The translations under genes were made by a program, and so were the position numbers. From the NCBI GenBank assembly GCA_913062845.1, contig CAJXVZ010000007.1, forward strand, positions 4,209-68,208: a stretch of 64,000 bases of DNA. The letters run 5' to 3'. The stretch comes from an uncultured Psychroflexus sp. (GTDB taxonomy: Bacteria > Bacteroidota > Bacteroidia > Flavobacteriales > Flavobacteriaceae). The notes beneath the pieces were generated by a model. That model saw only the letters and a list, made by a program, of their open reading frames with translations. It was not told where the DNA came from and did no database searches. Positions 1-9,057 of the stretch are shown in pieces. How positions within the stretch are numbered: the first letter of the stretch is position 1; each line of letters begins with the position of its first letter.

Positions 1-83
1 TCCTTTTCTCATGATTCTTCTAAATTTTGGATTGCAAATTTAATAATATTTTTTTATTAAAAAGTTATTTCGTGAAAATATTT

Positions 84-1124
84 TTATTCTCCTCTCAGAC
101 TTTTCAAATAAAAAGAATACAACTCATCAGCAGCTTTAAAAGAGGAAATTTTTTGCTCTTCAATAGCCTTGAGTTGATTTTTGAGTTCTGTTTTTAGCTT
201 AGGATGCTGATAAAAATTTTGCTTTAGTTTTTGGTTGAGGCTATCGAAAAGCCAGAATTTTTGTTGTCTGAATCTGTTCTTATTAAAGTAGCCATTATTT
301 TTAACACTTCGGATATATGTATCCAGCATCTGCCATGTTTTGATAATGCCATCGTTATTTAATGCTGAGATACATTTTACTTTTGGAGTCCATTCGCTTT
401 CCTTAACGGGGTAGAGGTGCAGTGCTTTCTGAAATTCCAGCTTTGCTTTTTGAGCAGATCTTAAATTATCGCCATCAGCCTTGTTGATGAGGATAGCATC
501 TGCCATTTCAATAATACCACGTTTTATTCCCTGAAGCTGATCACCGGCTCCCGCCAGTTTTAGCAGCAAAAAGAAATCTGTCATACTGTGTACAGCCGTT
601 TCACTCTGACCAACGCCAACGGTTTCAACCAATATAATGTCATATCCCGCAGCTTCACACAAAATTATGCTCTCTCTTGTCTTTCTTGCTACACCGCCTA
701 ATGAACTACCTGATGCTGTCGGACGAATGAAGGCTTCTTTTCTGGTAACAAGATCCTGCATACGGGTTTTGTCTCCCAGAATACTTCCTTTGGATATTGA
801 ACTTGAAGGGTCTACAGCCAAAACAGCTACTTTTTTACCCATATCTATCAGGTATTTACCTAAGGCTTCAATAAAAGTACTTTTTCCCACACCAGGCACA
901 CCTGTTATCCCTATGCGGATAGAGTTTCCCGACCGCGGCAAACAGGCAGATATTAACTCGTCAACAATTTCCTGATGCTTTTGTTGTTCACTTTCAACAA
1001 ATGTGATAGATTGGCTTAAAGCAACCTTATCTCCACGAAATAAAGCCTTTAAGATGTCATCTGCAGAAAGCGATTTTCGCTTTTTAAGCTGCTTGAGGTA
1101 TTTTGGATTAATATGACTATTCAA
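84..1124 (-). CDS. meaB: MeaB/ArgK-type G3E GTPase (methylmalonyl-CoA mutase-associated chaperone family)
   Basis: 346-aa ORF with P-loop GVPGVGKST and NKxD motif (INKADG). Apparent TTG start 3 nt after the upstream stop. Confidence 0.85.
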   Translation of the reverse strand: MNSHINPKYLKQLKKRKSLSADDILKALFRGDKVALSQSITFVESEQQKHQEIVDELISACLPRSGNSIRIGITGVPGVGKSTFIEALGKYLIDMGKKVAVLAVDPSSSISKGSILGDKTRMQDLVTRKEAFIRPTASGSSLGGVARKTRESIILCEAAGYDIILVETVGVGQSETAVHSMTDFFLLLKLAGAGDQLQGIKRGIIEMADAILINKADGDNLRSAQKAKLEFQKALHLYPVKESEWTPKVKCISALNNDGIIKTWQMLDTYIRSVKNNGYFNKNRFRQQKFWLFDSLNQKLKQNFYQHPKLKTELKNQLKAIEEQKISSFKAADELYSFYLKSLRGE

Positions 1125-1127
1125 AAC

Positions 1128-1694
1128 CTAGATTTCAACTGGTTTCAAAGATAACGGAACTACAATATTATCCCAAGCCAAAAACATGTTGATTGTTCCG
1201 AATTGCTCATCAAAATAAATACTGAATTGCTCAACTGTTTTTAAGTTTTTTGAAATAGGTACTTCAATCTTTAGGGCATCAAATTCTTCTACTCTGGAAG
1301 CTTTGCCATCCGAAAAGTTTACACCCCAATTGTACATTTTTTCATTAAATATGATTTGCCAGGATGTTTTATTGGGAACTGTCCATAATGTGTATTTGCC
1401 GGCTTTGAGCATTGAGCCTTCTATATTTAAATCTGTATTGGTTTCAAATGTTGTAGCTTCGTTGGCGCCTGTTCTCCATACTTTTCCATAAGGTACCAGT
1501 TCGCCAAATATTTTTCGTCCCTTTTTGTAAGGTCTGTTGTAAAATACTTTAAGGTTAAGGCTGTCTTGCTCGAAAGTTACGATCTGTTCAGGACTTAGCT
1601 TTTTAGTACTGTTCTTTAAAATATAGTATCCACCAATACCTGCTAAAAGTATTACAGATATAACAATAAGGGTTATTTTTATGAATTTTGGCAT
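1128..1694 (-). CDS. DUF2911-like protein with N-terminal membrane anchor/signal
   Basis: 188-aa ORF with a hydrophobic N-terminus. The segment VWRTGANEATTFETN...GKYTLWT matches my recollection of the DUF2911 family. Confidence 0.6.
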   Translation of the reverse strand: MPKFIKITLIVISVILLAGIGGYYILKNSTKKLSPEQIVTFEQDSLNLKVFYNRPYKKGRKIFGELVPYGKVWRTGANEATTFETNTDLNIEGSMLKAGKYTLWTVPNKTSWQIIFNEKMYNWGVNFSDGKASRVEEFDALKIEVPISKNLKTVEQFSIYFDEQFGTINMFLAWDNIVVPLSLKPVEI

Positions 1695-1831
1695 GGATTG
1701 ATTTTAAGATATTATTAAACTCAAATATACAGTAATTATTGCTAAAAACTTATACTGAAAACGATTCCAAACTTTAAAAATCTAACCCGATTATCATTTA
1801 TTTGTTTTAATTTAGTGTTATAAACCAAACT

Positions 1832-3811
1832 ATGCATTCAGATACCATACAAATAGATAAAAGCACGTATTTAGCACTATATAAAAGACTGCTAAAAGCA
1901 AGATTGATCGAGGAAAAGATGCTGATTCTTCTTCGTCAGGGTAAGATTTCAAAATGGTTTAGTGGTATTGGTCAGGAGGCCATAGCTGTTGGAGTGACCT
2001 CAGCTATGAAAGATGATGAATATATTCTGCCTATGCATAGGAATTTAGGTGTTTTCACAACAAGGAAAATACCACTTCACAGATTATTTAAACAGTGGCA
2101 GGGGAAAGCCGGTGGTTTTACAAAAGGTAGAGACCGAAGCTTTCATTTTGGAACACAGGATTATAAGATCATTGGTATGATTTCGCATCTTGGTCCGCAA
2201 ATGGGAGTGGCCAATGGTATCGCCTTAGCTCAAAAGTTAAAAGGCAGTAACAGGGTTACCACAGTATTTACAGGTGAAGGAGGAACAAGTGAAGGCGATT
2301 TTCATGAAGCTCTAAATATTGCGTCTGTATGGCAGCTGCCAGTAGTGTTTTGTATTGAAAATAATGGTTATGGTTTGTCAACCCCTTCCTCAGAACAATT
2401 TTTTATTGAAGATTTGGCCGAAAGGGGAAAAGCCTATGGCATAGATTCTTACATTATTGACGGTAACGATCTGGCTGAGGTTTACGAGAAAATGACTTAT
2501 ATTTTTGAAGAAGTCAGAGAAAGACCTAAACCTGTTTTAGTAGAATTTAAAACATTCAGACAAAGAGGACACGAAGAGGCTAGTGGTACAAAGTACGTAC
2601 CCGATGAGCTGATGAATTATTGGAAAGAAAAGGATCCTGTGGATAGCTTTCAAAGATTTTTAAAAGAAAAAGAGATTGCAGATGATGCTCAGCTTGAGGC
2701 TGTAAAAGATAACTTCAAAAAAGAGATAGACGAGCATTTGAAAATTGCTTTTGATGAGCCTGAAATAGAGTCTTCTGCGGAAAAGGAACTCCAGGACGTC
2801 TTTGCTGTTTATCACCATAAAAGCCAAAGGCTTCATGGTCACAGCTTGAAAGAAATGAGGTTAGTAGATGCTGTTTCTGAGGGACTCAAATTATCTATGC
2901 GGAAATACCATGATATGGTAATTATGGGTCAGGATATTGCGGAATATGGTGGCGTTTTTAAAATAACTGAGGGTTTCCTGGAGGAATTCGGACGTGACAG
3001 AATAAGAAATACACCAATTTGTGAATCCGGTGTGATTGAGGCTGCAATGGGTTTAAGTATATGTGGTATTAAGTCTGTGGTAGAAATGCAGTTTGGTGAT
3101 TTTGTATCATCGGGATTCAATCCAATAGTTAACTACTTGGCTAAAGTCCACTACCGATGGGGCCAGAAGGCCGACGTTGTGATCAGAATGCCCTGCGGCG
3201 CCGGCGTTGGTGCAGGTCCTTTTCATAGCCAAACCAATGAAGCCTGGTTTACCAAAACACCTGGGCTGAAAGTAGTTTATCCCGCATTTCCTGAAGATGC
3301 CAAAGGCTTATTGTGTGCTGCTATAGAAGATCCTAATCCTATACTTTTTTTTGAACATAAAGCCCTTTACAGAAGTTTGAAAGCTGATGTGAATACTGAT
3401 TATTTCACGACTGAAATCGGTAAAGCAAAGCTTGTCAGTTCAGGTGAGAAGATCAGTATAATCACTTATGGTTTGGGTGTGCACTGGGCATTAGACCATA
3501 TTGATGAATTTGATGATAACACTTTTGATATTTTGGACTTGAGAACTTTAAAACCCCTGGATTATGAGGCTATTTTAAAAACAACAAAGAAGACCGGTAA
3601 AGTATTGATTCTGCAGGAGGATTCCGCCTACGGCGGTGTTGCATCAGAAATTTCTGCCTGGCTCACCGAAAATGCATTTGAATTTCTAGATGCACCTATA
3701 AAACGTGTAAGCAGCCTGGATACTCCGATTCCATTCGCAGGAAATTTAGAGGCTGAATATTTGGCTAATAAGAGATTAAAGCAGGCCATAATAGACTTGC
3801 TTAACTATTAA
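1832..3811 (+). CDS. Fused E1 alpha/beta component of a thiamine-diphosphate-dependent 2-oxoacid dehydrogenase
   Basis: 659-aa ORF. The N-terminal half is E1-alpha-like (GEGGTSEGDFHEALN TPP motif). The C-terminal half is E1-beta/transketolase-like. Confidence 0.85.
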   Translation: MHSDTIQIDKSTYLALYKRLLKARLIEEKMLILLRQGKISKWFSGIGQEAIAVGVTSAMKDDEYILPMHRNLGVFTTRKIPLHRLFKQWQGKAGGFTKGRDRSFHFGTQDYKIIGMISHLGPQMGVANGIALAQKLKGSNRVTTVFTGEGGTSEGDFHEALNIASVWQLPVVFCIENNGYGLSTPSSEQFFIEDLAERGKAYGIDSYIIDGNDLAEVYEKMTYIFEEVRERPKPVLVEFKTFRQRGHEEASGTKYVPDELMNYWKEKDPVDSFQRFLKEKEIADDAQLEAVKDNFKKEIDEHLKIAFDEPEIESSAEKELQDVFAVYHHKSQRLHGHSLKEMRLVDAVSEGLKLSMRKYHDMVIMGQDIAEYGGVFKITEGFLEEFGRDRIRNTPICESGVIEAAMGLSICGIKSVVEMQFGDFVSSGFNPIVNYLAKVHYRWGQKADVVIRMPCGAGVGAGPFHSQTNEAWFTKTPGLKVVYPAFPEDAKGLLCAAIEDPNPILFFEHKALYRSLKADVNTDYFTTEIGKAKLVSSGEKISIITYGLGVHWALDHIDEFDDNTFDILDLRTLKPLDYEAILKTTKKTGKVLILQEDSAYGGVASEISAWLTENAFEFLDAPIKRVSSLDTPIPFAGNLEAEYLANKRLKQAIIDLLNY

Positions 3812-5202
3812 AATTCCAAAGCCAGAACATTAAATAACTTAGCTTTTGAGTCTAAAAGATTCTTGTAGCTTTCAAAATATTTGATCTGAGACTCTATAAG
3901 TTTTACTTCTCGTGAGTTTATTAGAAATATAGAGCTTTCACCAAAACTAAATTTTCTTTCTTCACCTTCCAGTAATATTTCATAGTCATCAACTATGCTC
4001 AGGGAGGCGTCAACCTGCCTGTTATAGGATAATATTTCATTTTCCACTGCATTGATCTTGTTATTAAGTACAGTATTGGTTAACTCGAGATCATATTCAG
4101 CAGATTGTATGAATGCTTTGGTAAGTCTTAAATCACCTCTTTCTTTTCTCAAAAAAATAGGTAGCTTAAATTGCACGCCAAAGGTATATTCACCAACATT
4201 GAAGCCTTCAATATTGCTTATATTTTCATTTAGAAAATTATATTTCAGATCCAATTGAGGTTTAAGCATTTCAGACTTCAGGCGTCTTTCAATGTTCAGC
4301 TTATCCAGTTTATAGTTTAAAGCTCTCAGTTTTGGATGTTCCAGTAAATTGTAATCTTCCAGAACAATCAGGTTTGTACTCAAAACATTATCAATATCTT
4401 GAGGGTTTAACTCCTGAGGGTCGATTGTAGGTTCCAGTTCAACTGGTATATTATTACCGATCCATAGAAAATTTGACAATTCCAGTCTTTTCTTTATCAG
4501 TTTAAGGTTTGATTTTTCCAAACTCAGCGCTCTCGTTTGTTTAATGATACCGGCTTCAAGGGTATCTATTCCGGGCAGGTCACCAGCTCTCGCTCTTCTT
4601 TTGATACCTTGTAACCTTATATCAGCTTGCTCAAGGGCATTTTCAAAAAGTTCAACTTCCTTGTAGGCCACGTACCATTCAAAGTAGGCCAGGCTTGCCT
4701 CATATATAATATCGTTTATTTGTAATTGTCTTTCAGCTTCATTAAGGTCCTGTGTAATTTGTGCCTGTCTCAGACCTGCCATTCTATCATTAATGAAAAG
4801 TCCCTGACCAAGAGGAACTGAAACACCAGCCTTGTACAAACCATTTTCAGGTACATTGTTCTGAGGATTGAGAAACACACCGGCGTTTCTTTCAAAACCG
4901 GCAGCCAATTCAATACCAAACCAGGTTGGTATCTTGAAGCTGGAGTTTAATATATTGTAGTAATCTGATGCTTTAAAATCCTTGGTATCCCAATCTACTT
5001 CAATTTTTGGGTCAAAGGCACCTCTTGCTTTAAGCAATTTGGCCTGAGCTTCTGTAATTTTCAGGTCTGCCTGTTTTACAACCGGGTGGTTCTGCTTAAC
5101 CAATCCCAGATACTCGTCTAGCGTCAGAACACTCAGTTCGAGTTGGTCTTGTTGGGCTTGTGCAAAACTAAAAATGAATAAAAAGATAAATATTATCCTC
5201 AT
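3808..5202 (-). CDS. TolC-family outer membrane efflux protein
   Basis: 464-aa ORF with a signal peptide (FSFAQAQ) and two-repeat coiled-coil/beta architecture typical of OEP/TolC. Last gene of a four-gene operon. Confidence 0.8.
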   Translation of the reverse strand: MRIIFIFLFIFSFAQAQQDQLELSVLTLDEYLGLVKQNHPVVKQADLKITEAQAKLLKARGAFDPKIEVDWDTKDFKASDYYNILNSSFKIPTWFGIELAAGFERNAGVFLNPQNNVPENGLYKAGVSVPLGQGLFINDRMAGLRQAQITQDLNEAERQLQINDIIYEASLAYFEWYVAYKEVELFENALEQADIRLQGIKRRARAGDLPGIDTLEAGIIKQTRALSLEKSNLKLIKKRLELSNFLWIGNNIPVELEPTIDPQELNPQDIDNVLSTNLIVLEDYNLLEHPKLRALNYKLDKLNIERRLKSEMLKPQLDLKYNFLNENISNIEGFNVGEYTFGVQFKLPIFLRKERGDLRLTKAFIQSAEYDLELTNTVLNNKINAVENEILSYNRQVDASLSIVDDYEILLEGEERKFSFGESSIFLINSREVKLIESQIKYFESYKNLLDSKAKLFNVLALEF

Positions 5203-6554
5203 TACTTCTTTTCACTTTTTTTATCACCACCTTCCGGTATATAGTAATCCGGTGGGAAACCATTAATTTGTCTCCAGATTTCATACCAGATTGGGACATC
5301 CTTGAGCAAAGCAAATGTCTTGGCGCCGGAACCAGCTCTTATGACCTCAGGCCACTCCTGGTCTTCGGGATTTGGTTTTATGAGCACACGGTATTTCCCG
5401 TTTGGGCTTATATTTCTTTCTACAGCAACCACTTTACCGCCATAAGTTCCAAAACTCATATTTGGCCATCCTGAAAAGAAAATTGCAGGCCATCCATCAA
5501 AAATGATTCGTACATCTTCGCCAGGATGCATCAATGGCAGATCTATTGGTCTTATAAAAGTTTCAACGGCCAGATCATTTTTCAGTGGCATGATACTTAC
5601 AATTTCAGCACCTTCTTTAAAGGTTTCTCCAATACCACGTTGAATAGCTCTGTTGATAAAACCATCCTGTGGCGCTCGAATGTATCTGATACTATCCCGA
5701 ACCCTGTAATTATTATACATGTTCTCCAATTTAGCAACATCTGCTTCTGTACTGAATTGAGAAGATTTCGCACTCATCATGTCACTTTCTGCTTTCGAAA
5801 TTTTATTGCCGTACTCAGTATTAATTCTGTTTATTTCTATTTCAGCATTTAAGACTTCGTTTTTGCTTTCTATGAGCTTGTTTTGTTGAGAAATCAACTT
5901 AGCCCGGCTTTGTTGAAGTTTTACCTCTTTATCTTCCCGATCTACTCGTGATTTCAAGCCTTCACGCTCCAAAGTGTCGGTTCGGCTGAATTGTCTCTCA
6001 GCAATTTTTAACTGTATTTTTACAGCCTCAAGATCTATACTATCACTTTCAACTTTCAATTTTGCCTGTATAAGTTTATTTTGCGCCTGCTCAAGCTTTA
6101 GTCTTCTTTCTAATTTAAGCCCTTCTATGTTCCTCATTAAAGCTTCAGCTTTGGTCTCGTAGGATTTTTGAGAGAAGGCCTTAGAATTGATCTGTTTTTG
6201 AGTTTGGTCTAATAAATCAGGGTCAAAATATTCGCTTTTTATTTCTGATATATAAACGATTGTATCACCTTTTTTGACGATATCGCCCTCGTTGACATAC
6301 CATTTTTCAATTCTTCCGGGAATGGCAGATTGTATGCCTTGCGGTCTCTGACTGGGATCCAGCATGGTTACATTTCCAGTTCCTCTCACATTCTGAGTCC
6401 AGGGCAGAAACATAAAAACAAGAAAAACAATGAGTAAAACGATCATTACCTTGTTAAATGTAAGGAAACGTACACGGTCTTTTACATTTTGCATGGAGTT
6501 GAACTCATTGAGTTCATCTTCATTGTCGAGATTACTTTTAGATATGTTTAGCAT
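5202..6554 (-). CDS. HlyD-family membrane fusion (periplasmic adaptor) protein
   Basis: 450-aa ORF with one N-terminal TM helix, a lipoyl-like segment and a long heptad-rich coiled coil. Its stop overlaps the tolC-like start. Confidence 0.85.
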   Translation of the reverse strand: MLNISKSNLDNEDELNEFNSMQNVKDRVRFLTFNKVMIVLLIVFLVFMFLPWTQNVRGTGNVTMLDPSQRPQGIQSAIPGRIEKWYVNEGDIVKKGDTIVYISEIKSEYFDPDLLDQTQKQINSKAFSQKSYETKAEALMRNIEGLKLERRLKLEQAQNKLIQAKLKVESDSIDLEAVKIQLKIAERQFSRTDTLEREGLKSRVDREDKEVKLQQSRAKLISQQNKLIESKNEVLNAEIEINRINTEYGNKISKAESDMMSAKSSQFSTEADVAKLENMYNNYRVRDSIRYIRAPQDGFINRAIQRGIGETFKEGAEIVSIMPLKNDLAVETFIRPIDLPLMHPGEDVRIIFDGWPAIFFSGWPNMSFGTYGGKVVAVERNISPNGKYRVLIKPNPEDQEWPEVIRAGSGAKTFALLKDVPIWYEIWRQINGFPPDYYIPEGGDKKSEKK

Positions 6555-6556
6555 GG

Positions 6557-8200
6557 CTAGACTATTTTTCCGTTTTTCAGATTAATTAATCGATTACAAT
6601 AATTTCTCCAAATTTCATTTTTGCTGGCAACAATTACAGTCCAGTGATGTTTTTTATCAAAAATGTACTCTGTAATGGCCTTAATTTCGTCCTCATCAAA
6701 TTCATCCAGAGGGTCTTTCAATATTAAAATCTTAGGATTTACAGCCAGCGCTCTTGCAATAACCAGCTTTCTGGTCATAGTATATGATAACTGCTTACCA
6801 TCTGTTGTGATGTGTGTGTCAATACCTTCGGGTAAGGTTTTGATGAGTTTGCTGATGCCAAGGACGTCACAGATTTCTTTCAGCCTGTCTTCTGAAACCC
6901 TGGGATTGTTAAATGTAATATTTTCGCGAATGGTTCCGTCGAAAGGCGAATTATTAGGGAACACAAAACCAATGAATGATCTGTAATGTTTATTATTGAT
7001 ATTTAAAGTGTTTATATCATTGACCAATAATTGTCCTTCACATTTTATGACCAAACCGGCAATAACTTTAAGTAAAGTCGTCTTCCCGGAACCGCTTGGA
7101 CCATCAACCAGGATTTTATCACCTTGATTTATGATCAGGTCTACATTATCCAAAACTTTCTTTTTTGAATTTTTGTACTCTACGCTAAGGTTGTTTAGCT
7201 CGATTTTGAAATCCTCGTCTTCTTTCAAAGGTTTATTAGGGGAATCTTTATCCAAAGGCAAATCGGTCACCTGACCAATTTTTTCTGTAGATGTTAGAAT
7301 ATCGTAAACATTTTCCAGACCAAGAATCAGCTTTTCCACAGAATTGATCATCAATAATATCACGATCTCAGCAGCAACAAACTGTCCGATATTCATCTGT
7401 TGATTAATGACCAACAGGCCACCAATAATTAATAAAGCGGCGGTAACCAGTGTTTTAAAGCCTATCATTTTGAAGAATTGAAGCTTTAAAATAGAAAAGT
7501 GATTTTCCCTTGCTTCCAGATATTTCATGACAAGATTGTCATTCTTTTTTGTGGAAAGTGTATAGCTGTCAATGACTTTAAAACTTTCAAAATTTCGTGC
7601 TACTTCTTCAATCCAGTGTGCGGTTTTGTATTTCATTTTAGATTCCATCAAACTGGTTTGAATACCTTTAGGAACACTGAATTGAAAAACGACATATAAT
7701 AATATGACCAAAAGCACTCCAAAAAATATGAAAAAAGGATGATAAAAAGAGAGCAGAATCAATCCAAATATGATCTGAAGTAATGCAGCTGAAAAATCAA
7801 TCAAGGCTTTTGGTAAACCTTTTTGGATAACCATCGTATCAAAAAAACGGTTAGCTAATTCCGGTGCATAATGACCATCCAGTGCTTGAGACTGCATTCT
7901 AGGGAATCTGTAAATAAGCTCAAAAGAGGATCTGGCATAAATACGTTGCTGAAGGTCTTCTGCAACCCTCAATTGCATATACCTGATGATTCCCTGGAAA
8001 ATCACACCCAAAAGTACAAGCGAAATGAGAATGATAATTGAGGCATTAAACTGACCGCCCACAACTAGATTTATGGTGGCCTGGACACCTAAGGGCAGAG
8101 AAAGTCCTACCAGTCCTGCAAAAGCAGCATAGAGCAAAATCTTATAGATGTCTTTTTGCTCAAGTTTCATTAAGTTAAGAAGTCTTTGCCACGGGGTCAT
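6557..8200 (-). CDS. Half-size ABC exporter (TMD+NBD) with degenerate catalytic motifs
   Basis: 547-aa ORF with a six-helix-type membrane domain and a C-terminal NBD. Walker A is GPSGSGKT. The signature reads LSYTM, Walker B reads ILILKD and the H-loop reads ASK. Confidence 0.8.
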   Translation of the reverse strand: MTPWQRLLNLMKLEQKDIYKILLYAAFAGLVGLSLPLGVQATINLVVGGQFNASIIILISLVLLGVIFQGIIRYMQLRVAEDLQQRIYARSSFELIYRFPRMQSQALDGHYAPELANRFFDTMVIQKGLPKALIDFSAALLQIIFGLILLSFYHPFFIFFGVLLVILLYVVFQFSVPKGIQTSLMESKMKYKTAHWIEEVARNFESFKVIDSYTLSTKKNDNLVMKYLEARENHFSILKLQFFKMIGFKTLVTAALLIIGGLLVINQQMNIGQFVAAEIVILLMINSVEKLILGLENVYDILTSTEKIGQVTDLPLDKDSPNKPLKEDEDFKIELNNLSVEYKNSKKKVLDNVDLIINQGDKILVDGPSGSGKTTLLKVIAGLVIKCEGQLLVNDINTLNINNKHYRSFIGFVFPNNSPFDGTIRENITFNNPRVSEDRLKEICDVLGISKLIKTLPEGIDTHITTDGKQLSYTMTRKLVIARALAVNPKILILKDPLDEFDEDEIKAITEYIFDKKHHWTVIVASKNEIWRNYCNRLINLKNGKIV

Positions 8201-8201
8201 T

Positions 8202-8879
8202 TTACTGTATTTTTAATGCATTAATCGTAATATCTTTAAAAAAATCATATACCTTTTTATCATCAGTGCTGTCTACAAGTGATGTAAAATGTCTCTGCAT
8301 GAAATATTGCTGTAGTGCGCCTTCAACAATCTGACATGCCAGTGATTTTGGATAAGCATAATCAGGCCTTGCGTCTTTTATCATTTCAACCAATCTAAGG
8401 ACCAATCTTTTGTATATCTTAAAATTACCATCATCATTATCGCTGTCAACATGTTTGTGGTGATAGGATTTTGTGAATTCTGAGATTACAATATTTCTTA
8501 ATTTCAATTGGTCAAGATTTGAATAATACGCAATATTTTGTGGTGTTAAAGTAAGAACTTTTATGGCTTTTAGGAGTTTTTTTGAAGAATCTTCTACAGC
8601 ATTGGTTTCTATGACAAGCCTGTATTCCAATATACCCCAATATAAAGCAGAAAGGTATTGAAGTAATTTGTATTTATTTTCAAAATATCTGTAAATGGAA
8701 CTCTCGTTTGATTTGATTGCGCTACCTAGCTTTTTGAAGTTGAAATTTTCTATGCCAAGTTCTTCTATTAAATCTATACTTTTAGAAATAATATTTTGCC
8801 CCAATTCTGAGCTTTCAGGATCTTTAATGTATAAACAAGTGTTTACATTAATTTTTAGACTTGATAGTAAACTTTCCAT
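8202..8879 (-). CDS. TetR/AcrR-family transcriptional regulator
   Basis: 225-aa ORF with an N-terminal HTH resembling TetR_N (FKKLGSAIKSNESSIYRYFENKYKLL). First gene of the exporter operon. Confidence 0.7.
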   Translation of the reverse strand: MESLLSSLKINVNTCLYIKDPESSELGQNIISKSIDLIEELGIENFNFKKLGSAIKSNESSIYRYFENKYKLLQYLSALYWGILEYRLVIETNAVEDSSKKLLKAIKVLTLTPQNIAYYSNLDQLKLRNIVISEFTKSYHHKHVDSDNDDGNFKIYKRLVLRLVEMIKDARPDYAYPKSLACQIVEGALQQYFMQRHFTSLVDSTDDKKVYDFFKDITINALKIQ

Positions 8880-8897
8880 TTAAATTAAGCTTATTTG

Positions 8898-8905
8898 CAA
8901 ATCTA
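8898..8905 (-). promoter_or_regulatory. Candidate Bacteroidota -7 box (TAGATTTG on minus strand) for the tetR-ABC-hlyD-tolC operon
   Basis: Matches TAnnTTTG about 19 nt upstream of the tetR start. Confidence 0.35.
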
Positions 8906-8923
8906 ATAGTAATACTTTCATTT

Positions 8924-8979
8924 AATGTTAACAATCACATAAATTTATCAAATTCTGATTTTTTATTTTTGTTAACATT
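8924..8979. promoter_or_regulatory. Pair of TGTTAACA palindromes (AATGTTAACA ... TGTTAACATT), candidate operator sites
   Basis: Two copies about 44 bp apart in the divergent intergenic region, each near the expected -33 region of one of the two divergent promoters. Confidence 0.3.
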
Positions 8980-9003
8980 TTATAGATTATCAAAAGTTTG
9001 TTC

Positions 9004-9011
9004 TATTTTTG
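9004..9011 (+). promoter_or_regulatory. Candidate -7 box (TATTTTTG) for the S8 peptidase gene
   Basis: Matches TAnnTTTG. It lies only 5 nt before the first ATG (9016), which favours the ATG at 9058 as the real start. Confidence 0.35.
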
Positions 9012-9057
9012 ATTTATGATAAATATCTACAAAATATCGATAAAAATTGCCAAGTAC

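Noticed and set aside
1-42. A possible minus-strand gene start (ATGAGAAAAGGA reading leftwards from position 12) with a TAAATTTG box at 35-42.
   Set aside because: Only 4 codons lie inside the window, so it cannot be supported as a feature.
637-975. Many 60-167-aa ORFs in the track lie antisense or out of frame inside longer, well-supported genes, e.g. 637-975, 14998-15408, 30319-30678, 34160-34510, 56269-56772 and 57476-57784.
   Set aside because: They are shadow ORFs typical of AT-rich DNA. Each is fully nested in a gene with strong family motifs, and none shows recognisable motifs of its own.
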